Assembly: GCA_963775895.1 (NCBI GenBank)
Contig: CAVZKL010000027.1
Location: 1 to 64,000, forward strand
DNA: 64,000 bases
DNA from: Candidatus Bathyarchaeota archaeon
GTDB lineage: Archaea; Thermoproteota; Bathyarchaeia; Bathyarchaeales; Bathycorpusculaceae
Reading direction: 5' to 3'
The position numbers were made by a program, and so were the translations under genes. Below are positions 43,454 to 53,267 of this stretch, one piece after another (the stretch's first letter is position 1; each line of letters starts with the position of its first letter). The notes under the pieces are model-generated. The model saw nothing but the letters and a program-made list of their open reading frames with translations. It did no database searches and had not been told where the DNA came from.

Positions 43454-44212
43454 ATGGGAAGAAAAGGAATATCGTCAGGACTGAAACGCAAACCAGCGCC
43501 AAGATTCTGGCCAATCCACAGAAAAGAATTCACTTGGGTCGTGAGGCCCACACCAGGACCGCACTCATCAATGAAATGCATGCCTCTCGCAATCGTTTTG
43601 CGCGACACTCTGGGCTTCGCCAACACTCGAAAAGAGGCAAAAACAATAGTCGCACAGGGCAGAGTCCTAGTGGACGGAAAAATAAGGAGAAACGACGACT
43701 TTCCAGTCGGGGTCATGGACGTAATCTCCATTCCAGACGCTGGCAAAGCCTTCTGTGTTCTGCCTTACTACAAGGGACTGTTGCTGAATGAAATCGACAT
43801 GGAACAGTCTAGGTTCAAGCTATGCCGAATAGAAGACAAGACGACAGGCAAGAACGGGCACGTTCAGCTTCACCTTCACGACGGATCAAACATGATCATC
43901 AAGGTCGCCGACCCGAAGAACCCGCAGGAAGACAAATACCAAACACTCGACACGTTGAAGATCAGTCTTCCAGAAAAACAGATCCTTGAACACACGAAGA
44001 TGAAGGAAAAAGACTTCGCGGCCATAATTGGTGGAAAAAACGTCGGCAAATTCGGCAAGATAGTCGAGATTGAAAAGGCAGAAGGAAGGAAGCGCCGCAG
44101 CGCGCTCGTGACCGTTGAAGATGAGAAGGGCAATCGCTACCAGACGACTCTCGAATTTGTTTTCGCCATAGGAGAGGCAAAGCCATTGATTTCGCTCCCG
44201 GAGGCAGCCTGA
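43454..44212 (+). CDS. rps4e: 30S ribosomal protein eS4
   Basis: LKRKPAP..WPI.RK, PGPH, FPVGVMDV, KLCRI, HDG. Confidence 0.97.
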   Translation: MGRKGISSGLKRKPAPRFWPIHRKEFTWVVRPTPGPHSSMKCMPLAIVLRDTLGFANTRKEAKTIVAQGRVLVDGKIRRNDDFPVGVMDVISIPDAGKAFCVLPYYKGLLLNEIDMEQSRFKLCRIEDKTTGKNGHVQLHLHDGSNMIIKVADPKNPQEDKYQTLDTLKISLPEKQILEHTKMKEKDFAAIIGGKNVGKFGKIVEIEKAEGRKRRSALVTVEDEKGNRYQTTLEFVFAIGEAKPLISLPEAA

Positions 44213-44213
44213 A

Positions 44214-44750
44214 TTGTCTGAAGAAGAAATCCGCAGGCGATGGGAGACGCAACCCATGCTCAAGCCGCGAATAGAAAAAGTCGTCGTCAACATCAGCGTT
44301 GGCAAGTCGGGCGAACCTCTTGAAAAAGCCGTAAAGGTTCTGAAGGAAATAACCGGACAGACCCCGTGCAAGAGAAAGGCCAAAGAATCAATTCGCGATT
44401 TCAACGTGAGAAAAGGTGAATCAATAGCCTGCATCGTGACGCTCAGAGGAGAAGATGCCATTGCATTCCTGAACAGAGTGCTGCCCGTCGTCGACAAGAA
44501 GCTTTCCAGCAGGAGTTTCGACAGACAGGGCAACTTCAGTTTCGGCATAAAAGAGCACATCGAAATCGCAGGAATCAAGTATGACCCTGAAGTGGGTATA
44601 TTTGGAATGGACGTGTGCGTGTCAGTCACCCGCCCAGGCTACCGAGTCAAGAACAGGAGGAACGAGAACAAACTCGGTGCGAAACACGTGTTGACACCCG
44701 AGGAATCCATAGTGTTCGCGAAGGACGCGCTTGGAGTCGAGATAGTCTAG
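44214..44750 (+). CDS. rpl5: 50S ribosomal protein uL5
   Basis: IEKVVVNISVG, VTLRG, GNFSFGIKEHI, YDPEVGIFGMDV. Confidence 0.97.
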   Translation: MSEEEIRRRWETQPMLKPRIEKVVVNISVGKSGEPLEKAVKVLKEITGQTPCKRKAKESIRDFNVRKGESIACIVTLRGEDAIAFLNRVLPVVDKKLSSRSFDRQGNFSFGIKEHIEIAGIKYDPEVGIFGMDVCVSVTRPGYRVKNRRNENKLGAKHVLTPEESIVFAKDALGVEIV

Positions 44751-44765
44751 CAAGGTGATTGGGAA

Positions 44766-44930
44766 ATGGGAAAACAGAAAGCTGGTAAACAACGAAAATA
44801 CGGTAAAGGCGCTAGACCCTGTAGTAGATGCGGATCCTACGGTCCAATCATCCGCCGTTACAATTTATATTTATGTCGGCAATGTTTCAGAGAGGTAGCC
44901 AAAAAACTCGGGTTCAAAAAGTATGAATGA
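44766..44930 (+). CDS. rps14: 30S ribosomal protein uS14 (Zn type)
   Basis: Below the ORF-track cutoff; [23 protein letters not shown]...[19 protein letters not shown]. Confidence 0.97.
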   Translation: MGKQKAGKQRKYGKGARPCSRCGSYGPIIRRYNLYLCRQCFREVAKKLGFKKYE

Positions 44931-44942
44931 TAGAGGAAAGGC

Positions 44943-45329
44943 ATGATGGATACACTGGCAAACGGGTTGACGTCGGTCGTCAACAACGAGATGCGGAACA
45001 AACACGAGTGCATAATCTCTCCAGCGTCCAAGCTGCTCGGCCGGGTGTTGAGGATTATGCAGTTGAACGGTTACATCGGTGAATTCGAGTTCGTGGACGA
45101 TGGACGAAGTGGAAAGTTCAAGGTTCAACTGCTCGGAAGAATAAACAAGTGCGGCGCAATCAGGCCACGCTTCTCAATCAGAACGGACGAATTCGAGGAA
45201 TGGGAGAAAAAGTTCCTGCCGTCAAGAGAAGTGGGCTTACTGGTCGTTTCGACGCCGCAGGGCGTACTGTCACACAGAGACGCGAAGGAAAAGCACGCTG
45301 GAGGCAGGCTGCTCGCCTTCGTCTATTGA
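44943..45329 (+). CDS. rps8: 30S ribosomal protein uS8
   Basis: GYIGEFEFVDDGRSG, GRINKCGAIRPR, GGRLLAFVY. Confidence 0.97.
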   Translation: MMDTLANGLTSVVNNEMRNKHECIISPASKLLGRVLRIMQLNGYIGEFEFVDDGRSGKFKVQLLGRINKCGAIRPRFSIRTDEFEEWEKKFLPSREVGLLVVSTPQGVLSHRDAKEKHAGGRLLAFVY

Positions 45330-45343
45330 AGAGGTAAATGCCC

Positions 45344-45893
45344 ATGCGCGTTCCAGAGAAGTCAGAAACAATTCAAGTCCCGGACGATGTGCAGCTGATG
45401 CTCGACGGTAGAAAGAGTCACCGTGAATGGACCGAAAGGCACTTTGACACGCGACTTCTCTCACGAACCCGTCTCGCTTGGAATGGACGGAAAAACCGTC
45501 AAGGTATGGGCCGAATGGCCACGCAAGAAAGAGTCAGCGTTGGTGGGTACGATTCATTCACACATTCAGAACATGATCACGGGTGTAAGGAAAGGCTACA
45601 CGTACAAACTCAAGATCGTTTTCTCTCACTTTCCCATTTCAACCAAGGTCAAAGAGAAGACTTTCCTCATCGAGAACTTCACGGGCGAACGGAGTCCGAG
45701 GAAAGCCAAGATAATCGGCGGTGTCCAAGTCAAGGTTCAAGGAGACGACATCATCGTTCAAGGCATAAACCTTGAAGAAGTCAGTCAGACCGCGGCAAAC
45801 ATTGAACAGGCGACGAAGGTGAAGAGGAAAGACCCGCGCATCTTCTTGGATGGACTTTACGTTTTCGAGCAGGCCGAAGGGATGGAAGCATGA
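45344..45893 (+). CDS. rpl6: 50S ribosomal protein uL6; frameshift near 45415
   Basis: GPKGTL, SHIQNMITGV, SHFP, QTAANIEQAT, DPRIFLDGLYV. Confidence 0.95.
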
Positions 45894-46438
45894 CTGAAAC
45901 AGGCAAGATAACCCGTGAAAAAGCCTTGAAGGTCAGACAGCGCGTCAAGAAGAACAAGCCGAAGTTCGTCAGACCTGAAAGCTGGCGTTACGTGAGACTG
46001 AAGAAAAACTGGCGCAAACCCAAAGGCTTAGATCATAAGGTGAGACTGATGTACAAGGGCTGGCCACCAGCGGTCAGTTCAGGATATGGCGGACCCAAGG
46101 TTAGCAGACACCTCCATCCGTCGGGATACATGGAAGTCCTCATCTACAACGTGGAACAATTAGCCAAAGTGGACTCCTCCACCCAAGCCGTGCGGATTGC
46201 CCACACGGTAGGCAAGAGAAAGAAAACCCGAATCCTCGCCGAAGCGAGAAAAAAGAAAATAGTTGTGCTCAACCTCAGAGAAGTCAAAGAACCAGTTGAA
46301 GAAAAACCCGCTGAAGAAAAGAAAGAAGAAACAATCAAAGAAACGGGCAAAGAAGCCGAGAAGGAAGAGACGGCCGAAGCAGGGAAGAAGCAGGAAGAAG
46401 CACGCAAGACATCCAAAAGGAGAGCTGCGAAACGATGA
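45890..46438 (+). CDS. rpl32e: 50S ribosomal protein eL32 with charged tail
   Basis: KPKFVR, WRKPKG, LHPSG, IAHTVG. Confidence 0.96.
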   Translation: MTETGKITREKALKVRQRVKKNKPKFVRPESWRYVRLKKNWRKPKGLDHKVRLMYKGWPPAVSSGYGGPKVSRHLHPSGYMEVLIYNVEQLAKVDSSTQAVRIAHTVGKRKKTRILAEARKKKIVVLNLREVKEPVEEKPAEEKKEETIKETGKEAEKEETAEAGKKQEEARKTSKRRAAKR

Positions 46439-46890
46439 CCACGTTGAACAGTCAACGCCGTGTTGCGGCCCAGGTCCTCAAGGTCGGTCAGAACCGCGTG
46501 TGGATAGATCCTGAAAAAACAGACGACGTTGAGGCAGCGATGACACGTGATGAAATAAGAAGACTAATCCATGAAGGAGTAATCAAGTCCTTGCCCCAGA
46601 CCGGCGTCAGCCGTGGAAGAGCGAGAATACTGCACGAAAAGAAGAAGAAGGGGCGCCGCGGCGGGCCCGGAAGCAGAACGGGGACAGCTCACGCAAGAGT
46701 CTCCCAAAAGGAGGCTTGGATGAGCAAGATAAGGGCTTTGAGAAAACGGTTGAAGACTTTGAAGGCTAAGAAAATCATCCCCGAAGACTCTTATCAGCAA
46801 CTGTACAGGATGGCCGGCAGCGGCAGGTTTGCATCAGTCGCCGACTTGGAGCGCTACTTGAAGGCGCATGAGCTCTGGAGGAAGCGGTAG
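46435..46890 (+). CDS. rpl19e: 50S ribosomal protein eL19
   Basis: QRRVAA, RVWIDP, GVSRGR, GPGSR, WMSKIRALR. Confidence 0.97.
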   Translation: MTTLNSQRRVAAQVLKVGQNRVWIDPEKTDDVEAAMTRDEIRRLIHEGVIKSLPQTGVSRGRARILHEKKKKGRRGGPGSRTGTAHARVSQKEAWMSKIRALRKRLKTLKAKKIIPEDSYQQLYRMAGSGRFASVADLERYLKAHELWRKR

Positions 46891-47490
46891 TGGCAAGGAA
46901 CGCACGGTACTGCACAAAGTTCCGCCGCAGAAGGGAGGGCAAGACCGATTACAAGGCTAGGAAAGCCCTCATAATCTCTGGGAGACCTAGACTCGTAACT
47001 CGCGCCAGCATCAACAACGTTATCGCCCAGGTGATAGTAGCCAAACCGAAAGGAGACGAAGTCCTCGTCTCAGCTCACAGTCGAGAACTCGAAAAATTCG
47101 GTTGGAAAGCCCCCCGAGGAAATCTTCCAGCCGCATATCTGACAGGCTACCTTTGTGGATTGAAAGCCAAGGCCGCGGGTGTTCAAGAAGCAATCTTTGA
47201 CATAGGATTGTATGCTCCCACGAAGGGCGCAAGGATCTTCGCCGTGCTAAAAGGAGTATTGGACGCCAAGTTAAACGTGCCTCACAGCGAAGACAAACTT
47301 CCAGATGAAAAGAGACTGAGGGGCGAACACATAGCCGCGTACGCGCAGAACTTGGCTTCAGAGCCTGAAGAGTATCAGACAAAAGTTTTCAAAATACTTG
47401 CAGCAGGATGTCAAACCTGAAACGCTTCCAAAGCATCTGGCACAAGTGAAAAGCGACATGCTTGCTGCATTCAAGAACAGAGGTAAATAA
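46890..47490 (+). CDS. rpl18: 50S ribosomal protein uL18; frameshift near 47385
   Basis: RRRREGKTDY, GNLPAAYLTG, GEHIAAYA; the shifted frame ends ...AAFKNRGK-TAA. Confidence 0.95.
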
Positions 47491-47493
47491 AAA

Positions 47494-48159
47494 TTGGCAC
47501 ACCGAGGTCGTAGAAGACAAACCGAAAGAGAATCGCGTTCACAAAATCTTGAACAGTGGGTCCCAAAGACCAGATTGGGAAAAATGATCCAAGAAGGCAA
47601 GATAAGTTCGATTGAAGAGGTTTTTATGGCCGGGCTCCAAATCCGTGAATCGCAGATCGTCGACGCCCTAATACCCGACCTACAAGAAGAAGTCATCAAC
47701 ATAAACCTCGTTCAAAAACAGACGGACGCCGGCGAGAAATCAAGGTTCAAAGCCGTCGTTGCCGTCGGCAACCGCGACGGTTACATAGGCCTAGGCTCAG
47801 GAAAAGCCAGCCAAGTACGAAACGCGATAGAAAAGGCGGCCACGGACGCAAGACTGAAGATCGTGCCCGTCCGAAGGGGATGCGGAAGCTGGGAATGCGG
47901 TTGCGGAAGACCGCACTCGGTGCCCTTCCAGATCGAAGGCAAAACGGGCGGCGTCAGAGTGGTCTTCGTCCCAGGACCCAGAGGTTTAGGACTCGTGGCA
48001 AGCGAGGTTTCCAAAGTAATCCTCGGGTTAGCAGGTGTAAAAGACTGTTGGGCAAGAAGTTACGGGTCAACCCGTACGATTCCGTCGTTTGCCTACGCAG
48101 TTTTTGATGCGCTCAAACAGACGTACAGCCTAATAACTCCGGCAGATTGGGTGAAGTAG
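47494..48159 (+). CDS. rps5: 30S ribosomal protein uS5
   Basis: WVPKTRLG, VQKQTDAG, RRGCGSWEC, PRGLGLV. Confidence 0.97.
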   Translation: MAHRGRRRQTERESRSQNLEQWVPKTRLGKMIQEGKISSIEEVFMAGLQIRESQIVDALIPDLQEEVININLVQKQTDAGEKSRFKAVVAVGNRDGYIGLGSGKASQVRNAIEKAATDARLKIVPVRRGCGSWECGCGRPHSVPFQIEGKTGGVRVVFVPGPRGLGLVASEVSKVILGLAGVKDCWARSYGSTRTIPSFAYAVFDALKQTYSLITPADWVK

Positions 48160-48648
48160 TTGGACGAGAAAACTGAACAACGCAAATGCATCGCCGTTGT
48201 AAGAATCCGCGGAACCATCAGCGCTTCGATGCAAGCCAGAGAGACATTGGAGATGCTCCACCTGAAACACAGCAACCACGCCGCGTTGGTCGATGATCGT
48301 CCGTCGTATTCAGGCATGCTAAGAATTGTGCGGGACTACGTTACCTACGGCGAGCCTTCGAAAGAGACTGTTGCCCAACTCATAAAGCACAGGGGAAGAG
48401 TCCTAGGCGACAAAAAGCTCACCGAAGAGTACGCACAGAAGTCTGGGTTCAAATCACTCGACGATCTTGCTGAAGCAGTTCAGACTGGACGTTCCGAATA
48501 CTGGAAGCTCCCAAGCATACAGCCTTTCTTCCGATTGCACCCACCTTCCAAAGGCTATAAGGGCAAGATCAAAAGGAACTTTGGGTCAGGCGGGGAGCTA
48601 GGATACCGCGGAGACAAGATCAACGAACTTCTGAAGCGCATGTTCTAG
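48160..48648 (+). CDS. rpl30: 50S ribosomal protein uL30
   Basis: AVVRIRG, FRLHPP, GGELGYRG. Confidence 0.96.
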   Translation: MDEKTEQRKCIAVVRIRGTISASMQARETLEMLHLKHSNHAALVDDRPSYSGMLRIVRDYVTYGEPSKETVAQLIKHRGRVLGDKKLTEEYAQKSGFKSLDDLAEAVQTGRSEYWKLPSIQPFFRLHPPSKGYKGKIKRNFGSGGELGYRGDKINELLKRMF

Positions 48649-48739
48649 TTGCTTCACGCAAACTCGTTTTTTCATTTTCCGTGTGCGATACGTTTTATAG
48701 TCACTTTTCAAATGCCATGTAGTCTGGGGGAAGGCGGAA

Positions 48740-49195
48740 GTGAGCGCGAGGTGGCGGAGACACAAAAAACCCGCGAGAAAATTCAACATCTTCAACGTTT
48801 TTAACAAGAACAAAGAAAAGAACGTTCCGAGAACCTTCCGAGTCAAAGCTTCAAACGTGAAATGCAACACGCGCAACGTTAAGTACCGAGTTGAGAGCAT
48901 ACCCGGGGAGAAGCTGAAGGAGCCCCCACGGCTGATCGACGTTCTTGAGGAGAACGAAGAGATCGCAGTGTTCGCCGAGTTTGCGGGGTTCAGCAAAGAG
49001 AACCTGAGAATTAACGTTAAAAACCAGAGACTGACGCTGTCAGCCCACACTTCGGAACGCAAGTACCATAAAAGCTTAAATCTTCCGAAGAGAGTGATTC
49101 CCGAAACCCTGTGCACAACATATAAGAATGGCGTGCTCGAAATACGGTTAAAAAAGGCACTTGAACAGGAAACACTGGACAAAATAGCAGGTTAA
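48740..49195 (+). CDS. Small heat-shock protein (Hsp20/alpha-crystallin domain) with basic N-terminus
   Basis: LIDVLEENEEIAVFAEFAGFSKENLRINV...YHKSLNLP...YKNGVLEIRLKK. Confidence 0.88.
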   Translation: MSARWRRHKKPARKFNIFNVFNKNKEKNVPRTFRVKASNVKCNTRNVKYRVESIPGEKLKEPPRLIDVLEENEEIAVFAEFAGFSKENLRINVKNQRLTLSAHTSERKYHKSLNLPKRVIPETLCTTYKNGVLEIRLKKALEQETLDKIAG

Positions 49196-49199
49196 AAAA

Positions 49200-49691
49200 A
49201 TGCCCCATGATCTGAGGAAAACAAGGAAGAAACGCGGTTCAAGAACTGTAGGTTGGGGTAAGGTAGGTCAGCACAGGCGAACGGGCGGAAAGCCATACCG
49301 CAACCCGGGAAGACACAAAGCCTTATGGTCCTACGTCATAAAGTACGAACCAGACTATTACAGCAAAACAGGTTTCACCTCCCCGAAGAGTCACCGGCTC
49401 AGACACAGGACCAACGTTGTGAATGTCGGAGCGCTAGACGGGTTAGCGGCCAAGTTTGCTGTTGAACAGGAGAAGGGAAAAATGTTCGTAGACTTGGAGA
49501 ATCTGGGTTACACAAAGCTCCTGGCTACAGGCAAAGTCACGAAGCCTCTCGTATTGAAAGTCCCCGCCTTTTCAGACTCTGCGGCTGAAAAAGTAAAAAG
49601 GGCGGGCGGAGAAATCGTGGGAGCCGCGGATAAGCAAGCGGAAGCGGGAGAAGCAACGGAAGAGAAAGCAGAAGAGGAAACCGAGGAGTAG
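49200..49691 (+). CDS. rpl15: 50S ribosomal protein uL15 with acidic tail
   Basis: RKKRGSRTVGWG, GYTKLL, SAAEKVKRAGG. Confidence 0.96.
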   Translation: MPHDLRKTRKKRGSRTVGWGKVGQHRRTGGKPYRNPGRHKALWSYVIKYEPDYYSKTGFTSPKSHRLRHRTNVVNVGALDGLAAKFAVEQEKGKMFVDLENLGYTKLLATGKVTKPLVLKVPAFSDSAAEKVKRAGGEIVGAADKQAEAGEATEEKAEEETEE

Positions 49692-49701
49692 CAGTTAGCC
49701 A

Positions 49702-51149
49702 ATGGCCGGCAGATTCCTTAGTATTTTCAAACCTGTTGCAAGGATCATCCCGGAAGTAAAAATGCCCGAGCGCAGGATCAGATTTAACGAGAAACTCTTC
49801 TGGACAGCACTCGTTCTGATAGTCTTTCTCATCATGTCAGAGGTTCCTCTTTACGGAGTCCAGACGCGCGCCTCTCGGTGAACTTGCTGCGTTAAGGGTG
49901 ATTTTCGCTTCAACCCGAGGCAGTCTCATGGAGCTTGGAATAGGCCCCATCGTAACCGCCGGTTTGATCTTGCAGCTTCTGGTCGGGTCCAACATGATTC
50001 AGGCCGACATGGGTGATCCTGAAGACCGAGGCTTGTTCACTACCGCCAGCAAAGTGTTCTCCATTGTTCTTACAGGTGTGCAGGCATCTGCCTACATCAT
50101 AGGCGGCATGTACGGCACGCTAACTGGCACTATTGCAGTGATAGTGTTCTTGCAGTTGATAGCCGCAGGGATAGTTGTTCTTCTGCTTGACGAACTGGTT
50201 CAGAAAGGTTGGGGGTTCGGCAGCGGCATCAGCCTCTTCATCATGGCAGGAGTGGCCCAGCACATCTTCTGGCAGTCTTTCTCGCCAGCCCCGGCGGTCG
50301 GCGAAACAGGATCCTACGGCTTCTTCGTGCAGTTAGGCGAATATCTCACGTCAAGCAAGAATCTCTCTCAGCTGTGGCTGAGACAGAACGCACAGAACCC
50401 GTCTCTTGTGGGTTTGATCGCCACGATATCCGCATTCTTGGTCATCATCTACATGGAAGGTGTGAGAGTCGAATTACCTCTCTCCTATGCTGGATACAAG
50501 GGCTACCGCAGCAGATACCCAATAAAGCTGCTGTACGTGTCAAACCTTCCTGTGATCTTTGCGTCAGCTCTTTTCGCTAACGTTTACTTCTTTTCACAGC
50601 TCTTCTGGGGTATGAGCGGACACCTCGCCGCGGGCAAGAACCTGTGGCTTGACATTCTGGGACAATTCAAAGAAGTCCCGCCCACGGCAAGCTGGCCAGC
50701 GTCAGTGCAGTCAATTGGAGGACTAGTGTATTACGTGACTGCGCCCACAAACCTTCCTGCTGTCATGGCAGACCCTTTGAGAGCCTTAGGATATCTCGGC
50801 ATCTTAACGGTTTTCTGCGTCGTGTTCTCACTCACGTGGCTTGAAGTCGGCAGGCCTGGGAGCTTCAACGGTGGCCGGGCAGCTCGTCGATGCTGGGATG
50901 CAGATTCCAGGTTACAGGCGGTCAGGGAAGGCCATCGAACAGATTCTGAACCGCTACATTCCTGCGGTCACAGTGGTCGGCGGAATACTAGTTGCACTCG
51001 TTGCGGGTATCACAGACTTTTTCGGAGTCTTCGGTTCAGGAATGGGCATCCTGCTTTCAGTGGGCATAATCTACCAGTACTACGAGATACTGATGCAAGA
51101 GAGAGCCGCGGAAATGTATCCGGCGTTTAGACGTATATTCGGCGAGTAG
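49702..51149 (+). CDS. secY: Preprotein translocase SecY; frameshifts near 49870 and 50853
   Basis: EKLFWT, GSLMELGIGPIVTA, GSGISLFI, YPIKLLYVSN, IPGYR, SGMGILLSV. Confidence 0.95.
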
Positions 51150-51290
51150 CGGCGAGAACACCGAGACTCTCCTAAATATCTGGGCAGAAGAATAATCGTC
51201 CTCGGTTTTCTGAAGGTTCTCCCGATCGCTATGAGGAAAACTTGAAGAAGCCACAAAAGATATACTAAGGGTTCAGGAAGTAGTGTAGGT

Positions 51291-51791
51291 ATGCTGCCAA
51301 TAGTCATGGACATACTTCCAGCTTTGTTGAAGGATCTTCCTTACGCTACGCTATTCCTATTTGGGCTTAGTGCCTTGATCTCGCTTTTGACAACCTCGGC
51401 GAACCGCCTCTTAACGAACCCCGAGCAGGCTAAAACGGTGAGAAAAGAAGTGGGTGAGTGGAACAAAGAACTTCGAGAGGCACAACGAAAAAAGGACAAG
51501 AAAACGACTGATAAGCTGATGAAGAAACAGCAATACATGATGCAGCTTCAGTCTAAAATGATGTGGCAGTCTATGAAAGTATCGCTTCTGTTCTTGATTC
51601 CGTTGCTGTTAATGTGGCAGTTGCTGGGCCAGTTCTTTGCTGGCTATGCCGTGGCCATTTTTCCAGGAGCTGGTCCTGTTCTTCCAATTCCAATATTCAG
51701 CGGTTCTCTTTTGTGGTGGTATCTTCTATGCTCGCTTCTCTGCGGTACAGCTTTTTCGCACTTGTTGGGAATAACCGAGGTGAGCGAATAA
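51291..51791 (+). CDS. DUF106/EMC3-TMCO1 family membrane insertase-like protein
   Basis: TM, coiled coil, TM, TM with WYLLCS; canonical post-secY position. Confidence 0.88.
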   Translation: MLPIVMDILPALLKDLPYATLFLFGLSALISLLTTSANRLLTNPEQAKTVRKEVGEWNKELREAQRKKDKKTTDKLMKKQQYMMQLQSKMMWQSMKVSLLFLIPLLLMWQLLGQFFAGYAVAIFPGAGPVLPIPIFSGSLLWWYLLCSLLCGTAFSHLLGITEVSE

Positions 51792-51792
51792 C

Positions 51793-52056
51793 ATGCCAAG
51801 ACCAAGTGAACGAACTCGAAGCAGGAAACGCGTAACCAAACCCCTGCCCGGCGGCAGAACAGGAACCTTTTTCAAGGGTGAGTCAGGCGCACGACAAAGG
51901 TGCAGCATCTGTGGACAAGAACTCGCAGGAGTTCCTAACACTGCAAAGACGAGGAAACTCAACCAATCCAAGAAGACAGTCAGGCGCCCGTACGGTGGAC
52001 AACTGTGCGCTAGCTGCCTCAAAACAGCCTTCAGACAAGCTGTGAGAGCAGCCTAA
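51793..52056 (+). CDS. rpl34e: 50S ribosomal protein eL34
   Basis: PGGR, CSICG, RPYGGQLCASC. Confidence 0.95.
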   Translation: MPRPSERTRSRKRVTKPLPGGRTGTFFKGESGARQRCSICGQELAGVPNTAKTRKLNQSKKTVRRPYGGQLCASCLKTAFRQAVRAA

Positions 52057-52077
52057 CTGGTTTCTGAGGCAGCCCAG

Positions 52078-52683
52078 ATGTCTTCAGTTAGGAAGACGCC
52101 GACAAAAAAGGAGAGAGCTTCCATTGTACTCTGCATCTGTGGCATGGCCGGAAGCGGCAAGAGTACTCTCTCAAGAAAGATCGCTGAAAAATACCACTTA
52201 CAATACTTTTCCGGTGGGGATGCTTTGATGGCGCTGGCTTTGGAAAAGGGTTATTCTGCTCTTGAACGTGGATGGTGGGAGAGCAAAGAAGGACTACGTT
52301 TCCTTGAGAAAAGAGGCAAAGACCCAGCCTTTGACATGGCTGTTGACAAGAAGCAACTAGAAATGGCTGAAGAGGGAAACGTGGTTTTGGACAGCTGGAC
52401 CATGCCGTGGCTTCTCCAGAAAGGCTTCAAGATATGGTTGGAAGCGTCACCTGAGAAGAGGGCTGAACGAATCGCTGGAAGGGACAAAATTGGCTTCAAC
52501 GAGGCGTTGGCAGCTTTGAAACAAAAGGAAAAGCGGACCCAGGTTATCTATAAGAAGATGTACGGCTTCAGTCTGGGAGAGGATTTCGCGCCCTTCAACT
52601 TCATTCTTGACACGGAGACGTTGGACGCTGAAGAAGTTTTTCGAGTTTTGTGTATGGTAGTAGAGAACGTTGCGTTTGGGTAG
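52078..52683 (+). CDS. cmk: Cytidylate kinase (archaeal type)
   Basis: GMAGSGKST P-loop, KIWLEAS..RAERI; canonical position. Confidence 0.9.
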   Translation: MSSVRKTPTKKERASIVLCICGMAGSGKSTLSRKIAEKYHLQYFSGGDALMALALEKGYSALERGWWESKEGLRFLEKRGKDPAFDMAVDKKQLEMAEEGNVVLDSWTMPWLLQKGFKIWLEASPEKRAERIAGRDKIGFNEALAALKQKEKRTQVIYKKMYGFSLGEDFAPFNFILDTETLDAEEVFRVLCMVVENVAFG

Positions 52684-52769
52684 GTTTTTTCTGGAGCACG
52701 AACCTGCTCTCTTGGTCCCTGGAAAATTGTGAATGAGTATTGCGTATGAATGGTCAGCACAAGATCATC

Positions 52770-52898
52770 TTATATGACGACGGCTTCTTCGTCAAGCGTT
52801 CCGTTTCTGATAAATTCCTCTGGATTGGTTACGATGACAACAAAGCCTTGGACCTGAATGCTGATGCTGAATTCTTCCGTATTTTCCTCGATGGACAT
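52770..52898 (-). CDS. Candidate 42-aa acidic small protein
   Basis: Hand translation MSIEENTEEFSISIQVQGFVVIVTNPEEFIRNGTLDEEAVVI. Confidence 0.4.
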   Translation of the reverse strand: MSIEENTEEFSISIQVQGFVVIVTNPEEFIRNGTLDEEAVVI

Positions 52899-53138
52899 GA
52901 TCTATCAATAGTCGTTTTCGTCGTATTGATTTGACAGTTCTATCGTTGCTGGCATGCCTAGAACATCTTGTGCGCGTTCATGCGGTCAACAGCCATTCGA
53001 TTTGGCAGAAAAAGATTGACAAAACTCCGAGATTTCAGCATTTGGCTAGGCCAAACCGCTTTTCTAGTGCATTAAGACTTAAGTCGTTCCGCAAAATATT
53101 TAAACAAACCGAACTCTAAAACACTAGCGATCGACTAC

Positions 53139-53267
53139 ATGGCAGATCGCGAACTGTTTCAGCTCGAGAACACGGAAATCAAGCAAATCTCGAAAGATTT
53201 GGCGCTCGTCTGGAAACAACTGGCTCGTCTCGTTGACATCGAAGCAGTTGGTGACAAAAAAGCCTAG
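53139..53267 (+). CDS. Candidate 42-aa small helical protein
   Basis: MADRELFQLENTEIKQISKDLALVWKQLARLVDIEAVGDKKA; TATTTAAA about 35 nt upstream; stop overlaps the radical SAM stop. Confidence 0.45.
   Translation: MADRELFQLENTEIKQISKDLALVWKQLARLVDIEAVGDKKA

Noticed and set aside
41087-44629. Long antisense ORFs (41087-41884, 43886-44629 and others)
   Set aside because: They are shadows of ribosomal genes caused by biased codon usage and have no protein-like motifs.
45344-51149. Pseudogenisation or programmed frameshifting of uL6, uL18, secY and many glycan genes
   Set aside because: Indels hit essential genes, often in or near homopolymers, with no shared slippery motif. Read or assembly error is the simplest explanation.
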